Source: Candidatus Bathyarchaeota archaeon (GTDB lineage Archaea; Thermoproteota; Bathyarchaeia; 40CM-2-53-6). From it: a stretch of DNA of 64,000 nt. The notes beneath the pieces are model-generated. The model had not been told where the DNA came from and did not search any database. It saw nothing but the letters and a program-made list of their open reading frames with translations. Shown piece after piece: positions 42,834-53,244 of the stretch; position 1 is the stretch's first letter, and each line of letters opens with the position of its first letter. The translations under genes were made by a program, and so were the position numbers. Location: NCBI GenBank assembly GCA_963833125.1, contig CAWHWX010000007.1:26486-90485 (forward strand). The letters run 5' to 3'.

Positions 42834-43870
42834 TCAGGCTCCTAAAGAGCGCTGATTCAGTACTCATACTTGGGCATCAAAACGCTGACCCAGACGCTGT
42901 TTGTTCCGCCTACGCCTTCTCTCTTCTCGCTAAGCGGATCAACAGAAAACTCACGTTAAGCTTCGCTTCCCCAGATGGCGTGAGTAAATTATCGAAGCAG
43001 ATTCTCCAAACGGTTGCATTACAGGTAGTAGAGAATCCAGACCCGGCGAATGCAGACCTCATTGTGACTGTGGACACTAACACATTGCAGCAACTGGGAG
43101 ACTTGAAAGGCCCAGTTGTCGACTCCCGGAAGCCATTGGTTATGATCGACCACCACGCACCGCACCCAGAAAATGCCAAAACAGCAACATTCGTCATTTG
43201 CGACGACAAGGCCACGTCGACGTGTGAAATGATCCTCGACATGCACACCAAGCTGCACATACCTCTGAGCCGAATTGCTAGCCAAGCACTCTTGATCGGA
43301 TTGATTGTTGAAACCGGCCATCTAACAATCGCTACACGCCGCACGTTCGACTCCGCATGTTCCCTCGTCAAAGCTGGGGCAGATCCGGAAATGGCCTTGA
43401 CAGTTACCCGTTCTTCAATGGACGAGTCTGAACGGATTGCTCGGTTGAAGTCTGCGCAACGGTTGAGGATGGAGCGCGTCGGCAAGTGGGTCGTAGCTCT
43501 GACAGAGGTGGGATCCTACCATGCCTCCGCGGCGCGAGCTCTCATTGCTTTGGGGGCTCATGTGGGGGTAGTTGCGGGCAAGAGAAACGATGAGTTAACT
43601 GTTAGTTTCCGTTCAACGCGAGATTTCGCGGCTGAGACTGGATTTCATCTTGGAAGAGATTTAGCGAACCCGGTTGGGGTAAGGATGGGTGGGATGGGGG
43701 GCGGACACGCAACTGCGGCTGGAGCGAATGTGTCTGGGGATGTTAACCAGGCGTTCAAGCTGGTCTTGACCATCCTCAGAGATTTCTTAGTCGTTCAAAC
43801 AAAGGCTATTACTCCGCCTTCGGCTAATGCGCAGGCTCCACCTCAGAATGGAGTAATTACTCAAGAATGA
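42812..43870 (+). CDS. DHH/DHHA1 phosphoesterase (NrnA-like)
   Basis: HQNADPDA, VDT, IDHH and GGGHATAAG. Confidence 0.92.
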   Translation: MPGYARLVRLLKSADSVLILGHQNADPDAVCSAYAFSLLAKRINRKLTLSFASPDGVSKLSKQILQTVALQVVENPDPANADLIVTVDTNTLQQLGDLKGPVVDSRKPLVMIDHHAPHPENAKTATFVICDDKATSTCEMILDMHTKLHIPLSRIASQALLIGLIVETGHLTIATRRTFDSACSLVKAGADPEMALTVTRSSMDESERIARLKSAQRLRMERVGKWVVALTEVGSYHASAARALIALGAHVGVVAGKRNDELTVSFRSTRDFAAETGFHLGRDLANPVGVRMGGMGGGHATAAGANVSGDVNQAFKLVLTILRDFLVVQTKAITPPSANAQAPPQNGVITQE

Positions 43871-43897
43871 GAAGGAAGACCTGCAGAGGCATGTACG

Positions 43898-44737
43898 GTG
43901 GCTGCAATCTCAGCGCGGAATCTCTCATTCAAGTACGCTGGCGCTGAAAAGCCGTCGATGGAAAATGTCTCGCTCTCCATAGAGAGAGGCGAGTTCGTAA
44001 TTCTGACCGGACCAAGTGGTTGCGGCAAAACGACACTATGCAGGTGCCTCAACGGGCTCATTCCCAACTTCTACTCAGGCGACCTTACAGGCGATTTAGA
44101 GGTTGATGGGCTTAACGTAACCGGGAGAACAACCGCTGAACTAGCATCACATGTCGGTTTTGTTTTCCAAAACCCCGAGAATCAACTCTTCTCATTATCA
44201 GTTGAGAGAGACGTTGGTTTCGGGCTGGAGAACATGGGCGTTCCAAGAGAGGAGGCGATCGAAAGGGTTCAATGGGCAATGCGAGCTACGGGCATCTTTG
44301 ACCTACGTAGCAAAGCGCCCTACGAACTGTCAGGTGGACAACAACAGCGCGCGGCTATCGCAGGCATCCTTGCAATGCGGCCGAAGATCCTAGTACTCGA
44401 TGAACCTACCTCCTTCCTCGACCCAAAATCCGCGGAAGAGATAGTCGCCGCAATAGCAAAACTAAGCCATGACATTGGGCTAACCACCCTACTCGTCGAA
44501 CACCGATTGGACATTGTTTCACGATATGCCAACCGAGTAATCGTCATGGACGCCGGCAAAGTGGAACTAGACGGGTCACCGAGCGACGTGTATAATGACC
44601 GAGCAAGATTGATCGGAGTTGGACTTCCGCGGGTTACGATGCTATTCCATCTCCTACGCACCGAAGGACTCGCTGTGGGCAATCCAATCACCGTGGAACA
44701 GGCTTCAGACGACCTTAGAAGGCTCTTAACCAAATGA
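43898..44737 (+). CDS. ecfA1: ECF transporter ATPase (EcfA1)
   Basis: GPSGCGKTT, FQNPENQ, LSGGQQQR and LDEPT. Confidence 0.92.
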   Translation: MAAISARNLSFKYAGAEKPSMENVSLSIERGEFVILTGPSGCGKTTLCRCLNGLIPNFYSGDLTGDLEVDGLNVTGRTTAELASHVGFVFQNPENQLFSLSVERDVGFGLENMGVPREEAIERVQWAMRATGIFDLRSKAPYELSGGQQQRAAIAGILAMRPKILVLDEPTSFLDPKSAEEIVAAIAKLSHDIGLTTLLVEHRLDIVSRYANRVIVMDAGKVELDGSPSDVYNDRARLIGVGLPRVTMLFHLLRTEGLAVGNPITVEQASDDLRRLLTK

Positions 44738-45582
44738 TCTCCATCCAAAACGTCACCTTCCACTACCCAGACGGACCCGACGTACTTCAAGGAGCAAGTC
44801 TCGAAATTCACGATGGCGAGTTCGTTGCTATAATGGGTGAAAATGGAGCCGGCAAGACAACACTAGTAAAAATGTTCAACGGCCTACTCAAGCCCGATAC
44901 CGGAACTATAACGGTCGACGGAATCGACACGAACAAGAAATCCGTGGCCCAACTTTCGCGAGACGTTGGCCTAATTTTTCAGAACCCTGACAATCAACTA
45001 TTCGCTGAAACCGTGGCCCAGGAGTTAGCGTTTTCTCTCAGAAACTTCGGCTTCAGCGAGGATGTCATTGAAAGGCGAGTAACCTCCATTCTAAACACCT
45101 TGGATTTAGAACGCTACGAGAAATCCTCGCCTTTCGTCTTGAGCGGTGGAGAACGAAAACGCGTAGCGCTAGCCGCAATCCTCGTCTGGGATCCAAAACA
45201 CGTGATAATGGACGAACCGACGATCGGCCAGGATTACCTCCAGAAGGACCGACTAAGGAACTTCATCATGCAACTGGTTTCTCAAGGAAAGACAGTCGTA
45301 ATTGTCACGCATGATGTAGAGTTCGTAGCTGAATGTAAGCCACGAGTCGTGTTACTATCCCATGGGAAGGTCATCGGCGACGGATCAGCAACTACAATCC
45401 TCACCAACTCTTCTCTAGTCCAGCAAGCGTCACTGGTACTCCCACAGATCTCAACCCTCATGAAGAACCTAACCGACCTCGGTGCCCCCTCAGAAATCAT
45501 CGACGCATACGCCGCCAGAGACTTCGTAGTCGCACGAATGGGCGGAAAGGGAAGCAACACGACTCCTCAAGGGTTGGTTTGA
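44734..45582 (+). CDS. ecfA2: ECF transporter ATPase (EcfA2)
   Basis: GENGAGKTT, FQNPDNQ, LSGGERKR and DEPTIGQD. Confidence 0.92.
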   Translation: MISIQNVTFHYPDGPDVLQGASLEIHDGEFVAIMGENGAGKTTLVKMFNGLLKPDTGTITVDGIDTNKKSVAQLSRDVGLIFQNPDNQLFAETVAQELAFSLRNFGFSEDVIERRVTSILNTLDLERYEKSSPFVLSGGERKRVALAAILVWDPKHVIMDEPTIGQDYLQKDRLRNFIMQLVSQGKTVVIVTHDVEFVAECKPRVVLLSHGKVIGDGSATTILTNSSLVQQASLVLPQISTLMKNLTDLGAPSEIIDAYAARDFVVARMGGKGSNTTPQGLV

Positions 45583-46396
45583 TTGTCACTTAAGTTCGTT
45601 CAAGGGTTCAAGTTCACAAAACTCGATACGCCGATGCATAGGCTTGACCCACGAAGTAAGTTCGTTCTGATGCTTGGATTCTTCGTTTCGGCGTTGATGT
45701 TTACAAACATCTTTGCCCTTCTCATTGTCTTTCTTTTGCAGGTTCCCATAGTTTTGGTCGCGAAGACTGTGAAGCGTTGGTTGCAGTCAATGCGCGGCGT
45801 ACTCATCTATGGGGGTTTCATTTTCATCATGAACATCATATTCGGTACTGCGCTGGTACAAGCGATTGCGTTTTCGATCCGTTTCCTAGCGGTCGTCTCA
45901 GCTTTTTCTCTGTTCTTCATGACAACCTCAGCAGATGACCTGGGCCTGGCGCTTGAACAGATCCACGCCCCATACTCGATCGCGTTCACGTTCACGACCG
46001 CGGTTAGGCTCGTGCCAACAATGGCGATAGACGCTCAAACGGTTGTCGACGCCCAACGCTCACGCAGGCCTAGAGTTGGACAAGGGAAACTTCCTGAAAC
46101 GCATACGCAACTATGTCCCAATCCTGATCCCGCTCATAATCTCAGCCATTCGAAGGAGCGTTGAGCTCGCCGAGGCATTGGAGGCGCGTGCCTTTGGGGC
46201 TACAGAGAAGCGGACGAGTATTGTGACACTGAAGATGCGCCTTGCGGATTACTTAGTGATCGTGGCAACATTCCTTGGCCTAGGATTTGCGGTTTACGTC
46301 TACCTTCACGTGCCGCTGCCTAACCCTATAATCCCGATTCAACTGCCACGAATTAGTTGGCCGACTCTTCTTACAAGTCGGATTGATCAAATCTAG
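45583..46396 (+). CDS. ecfT: ECF transporter transmembrane component EcfT (apparent frameshift near 46065)
   Basis: LDPRSK, AQRSR(G) and ALEARAF Ala-Arg-Gly-type motifs. Confidence 0.92.
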
Positions 46397-46454
46397 CGAA
46401 GATAGCCACTAGAGGATTAAGTGTTTAAATCAGAGCCGACCGGCATAACTTCTC

Positions 46455-46953
46455 ATGCGGCTGACGAATTCCGTAGTTGCGTCCCTGCTAATCTTTGCCG
46501 TTGCTGGCAGCTTTGTTTCACCCCAGGTGTCGGCCCAAACATACCCAACTTATTCGTTCTCGCTTAGTGGAACATCGATCGTCTCATGCTGGTATTGGGG
46601 GGTTATGTTCAATGCTGCTGAAGGGCAGCGGTTCAGCGTTAAGTGGAGCGAGACAGGTGGCGCTCCCACTTCACTCGACCTGTACATCGTCGCTCCCTCA
46701 TCGATAAGTCAACATTGGTTGTGCGACACTGGTCCGGTTGATTTCTATTACAATTCAGGTGCATTCGGATCAGCGAATTGGGCTGCGCCATCTGCAGGGG
46801 AAATACGTCGTATTGCTCGTGAACAACAACTATGGCTCTGTTTCGGGCACGCTATCGATAGTGGCGGTAAATGCGACAGTGACAGCGACCTCAATTGGCT
46901 ATGGGATGGCGCGGCAACCGCCCCTGTGCCTAGGCAAACGATTGTTCGCCTAG
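46455..46953 (+). CDS. Secreted beta-sandwich protein (apparent frameshift near 46800)
   Basis: Signal peptide ending VSA-QTYP; paralogous to 60929-61483. Confidence 0.6.
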
Positions 46954-47068
46954 TGCTAACCGTTAGTCTAACCCGGCGAGGGACAATTGGAAGTGCATAG
47001 TGGCCGTGGCTGGTTGGCTTCCTATTCGTACACGTCGTCCGTTAGCACAGATGACTTTAGTTAGGTAC

Positions 47069-48313
47069 CTAGCGCCAAGAATCGAGGTACCGTGACTGTT
47101 CCTGGCTTAGGCTGTCAATTTCCATATCGTGGCTTTCAAGCCAGAGCTTCGCTACTGATTTGTCTATGGCGGCTGGTACTCCGTAGACTTTTGCTTCCAG
47201 CTTTCCTTTATTTTTCAGGAGGTATTCCACGCAGAGGGCTTGGTTTGCGAATGTCATGTCCATAACCTCAGCGGGGTGACCGTCAGCCGCAGCGAGGTTG
47301 ACTAATCTGCCTTCGGCCAGCAGGTAGAGTCGTCGTCCGTCGTTCATTTTGAACTCCTCCACATTCAGTCGTGCAGTCCGAACGGACGCTGCTTGCTCCC
47401 GGAGAGCCTGAACATCGACCTCGACGTCGAAGTGGCCGGAGTTTGCTAAGATCACGCCGTCTTTCATTGCCCCAAAGTGTTCTGAGGTTATGATTTGGTT
47501 GCAGCCGGTGGCAGTGATGAATATGTCTCCCACCTTTGCCGCTTCCTTCATCGGCATTACCGAGTATCCCTCCATTACAGCCTCCAAGGCTCTTATCGGG
47601 TCGACTTCGGTGACTACGACCTTTGCCCCAAGCCCTTTGGCCCTTAGGGCTATGCCGCGGCCTACCCATCCGAAGCCTCCGACTACTAACCGTCTTGCCG
47701 GCGATCAGCATGTTCGTCGCACGCATCACGCCTTCCAACGCCGATTGGCCTGTCCCATGTTGGCTGTCGAATAGGAACTTGGTGTAAGCATCATTCACTG
47801 CAATGACGGGATATTTCAAGGAACCATCCTTCTCCATAGCTCTGTAACGATGCACGCCGGTTGTTGTTTCTTCGCAAGCCCCGATCATATCGGAAAGCAA
47901 CGCTTTCTGCTCTGTGTGGATAGTGACGGAGAGCTCTCCTCCATCATCGATAACCACTCGAGGCTTATGTCCCAGAACGTCGAAGTAGATTCTCATGATG
48001 CTCCTCCGCAGTTACACCCCGCCAAGCGTACACGTTGGCCCCCGACTTCGCCAGCGCCGCTGCCACATCGTCCTGTGTTGACAGTGGATTGCTACCAGTT
48101 ATCGCGATAACAGCGCCGCCCGCCTGCAAGGCCTCCCCTAAAACGGCGGTCTTCATCTCGAGATGCATACACATCCCGATCGAAAGCCCGCGAAAAGGTT
48201 GCTCTTTCTCGAATCGCTTCTGAATTTCTCCCAGTACGGGCATGTGGGCGGCGGGCCCATTCAATCTTCAACTCACCCTGAGCGGCGAGAGATGGATCCT
48301 TGACTTTACTCAA
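47069..48313 (-). CDS. ahcY: Adenosylhomocysteinase (several apparent indels)
   Basis: [43 protein letters not shown] and GHPAEVMD. Confidence 0.96.
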
Positions 48314-48408
48314 TAGAACAACTTCCTTCCTCGTGATTACTTAGCTTTACGCAATCAAGCGCATCGTTTGGCTTTTAACTTGACTCGCAACACTAGACTC
48401 GAAGTCCC

Positions 48409-49719
48409 TTGCCGTCTATTTTGATCAAGAATTGTTCGTGGCTCGTAACACAAAACCAAAGCCGTGACGTGCTCCGTGATTACTCTGTGCTCATTCGCGA
48501 TGGTAAGATCGAGGAGATCGGGAAAGGGCTATGCGGCCCGGCTGATATGGAACTAAACGGGGACGGCAAGATCGTTCTTCCAGGTTTGATCAATACACAC
48601 ACGCACCTCTCAATGGTATTGTTCCGAGGCTATGCAGATGATATGCAGTTACAGGATTGGTTGCAGAAGAAGATCTGGCCGCTCGAGGCAAGGTTGACCG
48701 GGGAGGCATGTTACCAAGGTGCCCTTCTCGGCTGTGCGGAGATGATTATGTCTGGCACGACCACGTTCATGGACATGTATTTTCACCTCGAAGATGTTGC
48801 GAAGGCCGTGGACGAGTCTGGGCTCCGGGCTTTCCTCTCTTACGGAATCATAGACCTGTTCGACCCGGCTAAGGCGAAGGCTGAACAGGAAAAAAGCCGA
48901 CAACTATTCGAGTTCTTCCATAACCTCGGAAGTTCAAGAATACGGTTTGCGTTGGGCCCTCATGCGCCATACACTTGTTCGGCTGAGACTTTGCTTTGGG
49001 CGAGAGATTTTGCGGAGAAGAACGGGCTGATTTTTCACATTCACATCGCCGAGACTCGCAAGGAGCAAGCAGACTCACAGCAACATCAAGGAGCACGCGT
49101 GGTCGAGTACTTGGACAAGATAGGTGCGCTTTGCAATAGAATGCTTGGGGCACACTGTGTTTGGTTAACGAAGAGCGAGGTCGCTCTTCTAGCGAAAGCC
49201 GGTGTGAGCGTGGCCCATTGCCCAGTATCCAATATGAAGCTTGCGAGCGGTGGCGTTGCGCCCCTTCCAGAGATGTTTGACGCGGGAATCGCAGTCGGCT
49301 TAGGAACCGACGGGGCGGCAAGCAATAATTCTCTAGATATGTTCGAGACGATGAAGGTCTGCGCTCTACTGCATAAGGCGCATCGATGGGACCCAACGGT
49401 ACTGAATGCTCAGAAGGTATTGGACCTGGCTACGATTGGCGGTGCGAGAGCTCTTGGGATTGAAGATGAAGTGGGAGCATCGAGGCTGGGAAAGAAAGCG
49501 GACATTATCCTCCTAGATGGGAAGATGCCGAACTTGAACCCTGTTCATGGAAAGGAGACAATAGTATCCGACCTCGTATATTCAGCCTCGGCGGCTAACG
49601 TCAACACAACCATCGTGGATGGTAAGGTTCTGATGCAGAACAGGCAGCTCCGGACGATGAATCTAGAACAGATAGTTCAGCACGCAGGCGAGATTACGAG
49701 CAAATTGATCCATCCTTGA
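48409..49719 (+). CDS. mtaD: 5'-methylthioadenosine/SAH deaminase (amidohydrolase)
   Basis: PGLINTHTH, PHAPY, HIHIAET, HCPVSNMKL and GTDG.ASNN; divergent from ahcY. Confidence 0.88.
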   Translation: MPSILIKNCSWLVTQNQSRDVLRDYSVLIRDGKIEEIGKGLCGPADMELNGDGKIVLPGLINTHTHLSMVLFRGYADDMQLQDWLQKKIWPLEARLTGEACYQGALLGCAEMIMSGTTTFMDMYFHLEDVAKAVDESGLRAFLSYGIIDLFDPAKAKAEQEKSRQLFEFFHNLGSSRIRFALGPHAPYTCSAETLLWARDFAEKNGLIFHIHIAETRKEQADSQQHQGARVVEYLDKIGALCNRMLGAHCVWLTKSEVALLAKAGVSVAHCPVSNMKLASGGVAPLPEMFDAGIAVGLGTDGAASNNSLDMFETMKVCALLHKAHRWDPTVLNAQKVLDLATIGGARALGIEDEVGASRLGKKADIILLDGKMPNLNPVHGKETIVSDLVYSASAANVNTTIVDGKVLMQNRQLRTMNLEQIVQHAGEITSKLIHP

Positions 49720-49730
49720 CTCGCTCCACG

Positions 49731-50414
49731 TCAAACTAACAGAACTTGCTCAAGCTCCAAATAGCCTGATTCACCGGCCCAATGGCGCATTGACTTTGTT
49801 ACTGAAAGGCGCCTGTTGAATACCGGCCCTGCGAGAGTGAACGTTTCAGCCTCGCCGCCTTCGAACGCCACGCTCAGGCCATACTTCCTTCTGAGTTCTA
49901 GAAGTTCCTTCAGCTCCTTTGAGCCCAGCGACTTGCCAAGCCATTTCTCGTCGAGGCCAAGAGCGCTGCAGGCTGTGACGATGATTTCGAATCCCGCTTC
50001 AATTTCATCCCGTACCAGTTGCTCCTCATTCTTGTGCCATAACGGCGCAAAGCTCCTTAAGCCGAGTTTTTCGCACAAATTATCGAGCCGCGTCCGTTGA
50101 TATTCGCTGGCGATAGCCCCTGATACAATAGCCTCAATCCCTACCGATTTCTTTAGCCCCTCTAACTCGGCGGCGAGATCTTCAAGCTCCTCCTCCTTTA
50201 CACCCGCAGTCGGGACATGTGCCTGCGGTATGCCGATTGCCTCCGCCTGCAGGCTGGTCCACTTTAGCGCTGGGTAGTGGAACATCCACGAATCCTTAGC
50301 TTCGGGGAAGACCGTGACTAGACGTTCGACGTCCCAGCCTTGCATTTGAGCGTACCAGAGGGCGTATGTGCTATCTTTTCCGCCACTGAAAAGTGAAGCT
50401 ACCTTCATGATCAA
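49731..50414 (-). CDS. dph6: Diphthine--ammonia ligase (Dph6)
   Basis: SGGKDS PP-loop, SWMFH, GAIASEYQ and EGGEAET. Confidence 0.92.
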   Translation of the reverse strand: MIMKVASLFSGGKDSTYALWYAQMQGWDVERLVTVFPEAKDSWMFHYPALKWTSLQAEAIGIPQAHVPTAGVKEEELEDLAAELEGLKKSVGIEAIVSGAIASEYQRTRLDNLCEKLGLRSFAPLWHKNEEQLVRDEIEAGFEIIVTACSALGLDEKWLGKSLGSKELKELLELRRKYGLSVAFEGGEAETFTLAGPVFNRRLSVTKSMRHWAGESGYLELEQVLLV

Positions 50415-50417
50415 TCC

Positions 50418-52010
50418 TCAGAAATCTGCGGGAGATTTGAACCTGAATTGATCTTGATAGAGTTTTGTTAATCGTTGTTGCGTATCCGCATCCTCGGGCC
50501 GTTTATCTTCACGGAACCGTGTGATTCTGGCGAAGCGTAAAGCGAAGCCTGATTTGTAGTGAGGGCTGTGTTGGATCTCATTAAACGTAACTTCCACTAC
50601 GATCGCTGGTTTCACGTAAACTGTGTAGTCGGTCTCTTTCGTCTTGAGCTCGAGCAATTTGGGAGTGATTTCCGTAAACTCTTGATCGGTGAGGCCCTTG
50701 AATGTCTTTCCGACCAATAGGAACTCTCCTGACGTGTTGTCTCTAACTGCGAGGTGATAGTTGCTTAACCAGCCCTTTCTCCTACCTGAACCCCAATCCG
50801 CCGCCACTATTACAACATCTAGGGTTTCGGCTAGTTTGATCTTGAACCATTTCTTCCCACGAACGCCAGGCGTGTAGGTGCTTTTCAAATCCTTCGCCAT
50901 GAGCCCTTCATGGCCAGCCTGGATGGAAGCCTGCAACAACTTCTCTGCTTCGCCAGCGTCGCGGGTTACGATTCTTGCGGCGAGCAACTCGTTGTCAGTC
51001 AGCCCTCGGAGAATCTCCCATCTCTTTTCGTAAGGGACGTCGATCAGTAGTTCTCTATCTAAGTAGATTACGTCAAACAGGAATAGCCTGAGCGGTATGC
51101 TCCTGACCATGGCGTCAATTTCGTGAACCCGACGAAACCTTCTCATCAGATCCTGAAACGGAAGTGGTTTGCCTTCTCGGCCGATTGCTACGATTTCCCC
51201 TTCAACGAGGTATTCGGAACCTCGAACACGGTCGCGGGCAAGGCGGACTATGTCGGGGACGCTGGTCGTGACGTCGCTGAGTCTTCTACTGAATATCCTA
51301 ACTTGGTCGGCTTTTCGGTGTATCTGGATTCTTGCTCCATCGTACTTGAACTCAAACGCCGAGATACCCCCATGTTCTTTGATTGCCTCCCCAACTCCCT
51401 CTGCCATTTCGGCAAGCATTGGTTTGATTGGCACAAAGAGCATCACTCCAACGCCTTCGATCGCCGCCCGTCCTTTGGTTAAGGCTAACTCCGCGACATT
51501 GGGTAAGCTCCCCAGCAGCATGTTTGCCCTTCTGACTTGCTCTGGGTTGATCGCCGTGGCTTTCGCAATGGCATCGAGGACTACTCCTTCGACAGCGCCG
51601 ACTCTCATCTCACCGAACACTATCCGCATCAAGTAGTCGGCATCGCTTCGTGGGAGTCGGCTGAGAAGGGTGTTCATCAGCATCTCTTTACGCTGCCTTG
51701 ACCCCGGCCCTGATGTGTTCGCGATCTTGTCGAAGGTTCGGTAAACTTCAAGGATCGTCACAGGAGACTGAATCAGGGCGGATTGACCTGTATTGCGGTG
51801 AACCTTCCATACGGTTTGCCCGCCGACCTCGAGAACTCTCTCATCCGATTCGGGAAAAGGCCGCCCTGTTACGAACGATACAGCCGGTGCGATTTCATTT
51901 GGGTCGAGCAATTTCAGGAAATCCACTAGGTAGCCGATTTTCTCGGTGCGTTTGGTAGTGGATTCGAGTTTGCGGCAGAGGTCAGCGAACTTAGAGAATG
52001 GGGTCGGCAA
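50418..52010 (-). CDS. lig: ATP-dependent DNA ligase
   Basis: PMLA, KYDGARIQ, EGLMAK, WFKIK and LRFARI..R.DK. Confidence 0.97.
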   Translation of the reverse strand: MPTPFSKFADLCRKLESTTKRTEKIGYLVDFLKLLDPNEIAPAVSFVTGRPFPESDERVLEVGGQTVWKVHRNTGQSALIQSPVTILEVYRTFDKIANTSGPGSRQRKEMLMNTLLSRLPRSDADYLMRIVFGEMRVGAVEGVVLDAIAKATAINPEQVRRANMLLGSLPNVAELALTKGRAAIEGVGVMLFVPIKPMLAEMAEGVGEAIKEHGGISAFEFKYDGARIQIHRKADQVRIFSRRLSDVTTSVPDIVRLARDRVRGSEYLVEGEIVAIGREGKPLPFQDLMRRFRRVHEIDAMVRSIPLRLFLFDVIYLDRELLIDVPYEKRWEILRGLTDNELLAARIVTRDAGEAEKLLQASIQAGHEGLMAKDLKSTYTPGVRGKKWFKIKLAETLDVVIVAADWGSGRRKGWLSNYHLAVRDNTSGEFLLVGKTFKGLTDQEFTEITPKLLELKTKETDYTVYVKPAIVVEVTFNEIQHSPHYKSGFALRFARITRFREDKRPEDADTQQRLTKLYQDQFRFKSPADF

Positions 52011-53052
52011 CTAGACAGCTCCTGGGCGGTCCAGCCAACTTGTCAGACTAGATTTCTCTTGAGAATAGAACTCTCGCATCCTCTTAACTGCGAGATCGAC
52101 GCGGTCTGATGAGAAACCACGATCCACGCAGAGGAACTGCCTGAGAGCGTCTTCTTTGAGTCCTTTGAATTTGAGGTCGTACTCGTCGGCTACCGTTGGG
52201 TTTAGGAATAGGGCGCGAATATTCCCGCGCTTCTATTGGTAGCTGGTCTCGATACTCAGGTGGCAGGTTTTCGAGAGTTCCATATTTCTTGATGAGTTTG
52301 AGCGCTGTCTTCGGTCCGACTCCCTTTATGCCATGATTGAAGTCGGTTCCAACTAGGATTGCTAGATCGATCAACTGTTCCCTCGAGACTTCAAGGGCTT
52401 TCAGGAGTTGTTCTAGCTCAATGAGTTCGGGGATAAGAGGTCTCGAGGTGCCTTTGCTGGGTAGAAATTCCTGCCCGGAGATCGTAACATATCGGACTAG
52501 TCGCGGCGCCCCGAATAGGACTGAGTCGTAGTCTCGACTGTTAGCAGCCCAGACATCTCCTTTTCTCGCCATATATGCCGCCTGAGCTTCCCCCTCCTCT
52601 GGAGCTTGCACGTGCGGAATTCCCAAAAGGGTGAGTACAGTCTTGGCGTCGTCTTGCATCGCTTTGTTAAGCGAATCCATCCTTACGGCTTTCTTCCACG
52701 CCGCCGAGTAATCATGCCGCTTTACGGCGTCTTCCCATTCCCTGCGAGCCTTATCCCTATACTCACGTCTGGCCTTCAAAGTCTTCATCTTAAGGCCCGG
52801 GGGTTTCCCATCGAAGATGAAAACGGGCCGGACGTGATAGTCGCCCATGAGGCGGGTGGTGCGCATGAGGAGGCCGAGTAGGTGAGAGGTCACGTTACCA
52901 TGCGCATCAGTAAATGGCCTTCCATCCCGCATACGAATTAGAGCGAGAAACTGATAGAGTAAGTTGTTTGAGTCAACAGCTAAACTTCGACCCCTAAGAT
53001 CATCCAGAACAATCTGGCGGCGAACCACCAGCGGTGAGAGGTCGAAACCCAT
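52011..53052 (-). CDS. fen: Flap endonuclease 1 (C-terminal indel near 52225)
   Basis: YQFL, TSHL.G, FDGKPP, EGEAQAA, SRDYDS, GTDFN and GVGPK; the shifted tail ends in PIP-like SSLTSWL. Confidence 0.96.
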
Positions 53053-53244
53053 GCCAACACACCCCCTTCGAAAAGGGCCGGCGCCATAATAATTACACTC
53101 AATCAAAACCACTAACCAAGAATAATGACCATCGACTTGTCTGAATCTGCTTCACGTATTCCTGACTTATTGACTCAATCAAAATGATTAAATGAGTTCG
53201 TGTGTTGTTGCCATCTTGAAATTTCGGTGCAGAGTTGAGACATA

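Noticed and set aside
53120-53170. Possible box C/D RNA between fen and fusA (ATGACCA...CTGA...CTGA)
   Set aside because: The C box is degenerate, there is no C' box or terminal stem, and it overlaps divergent promoters.
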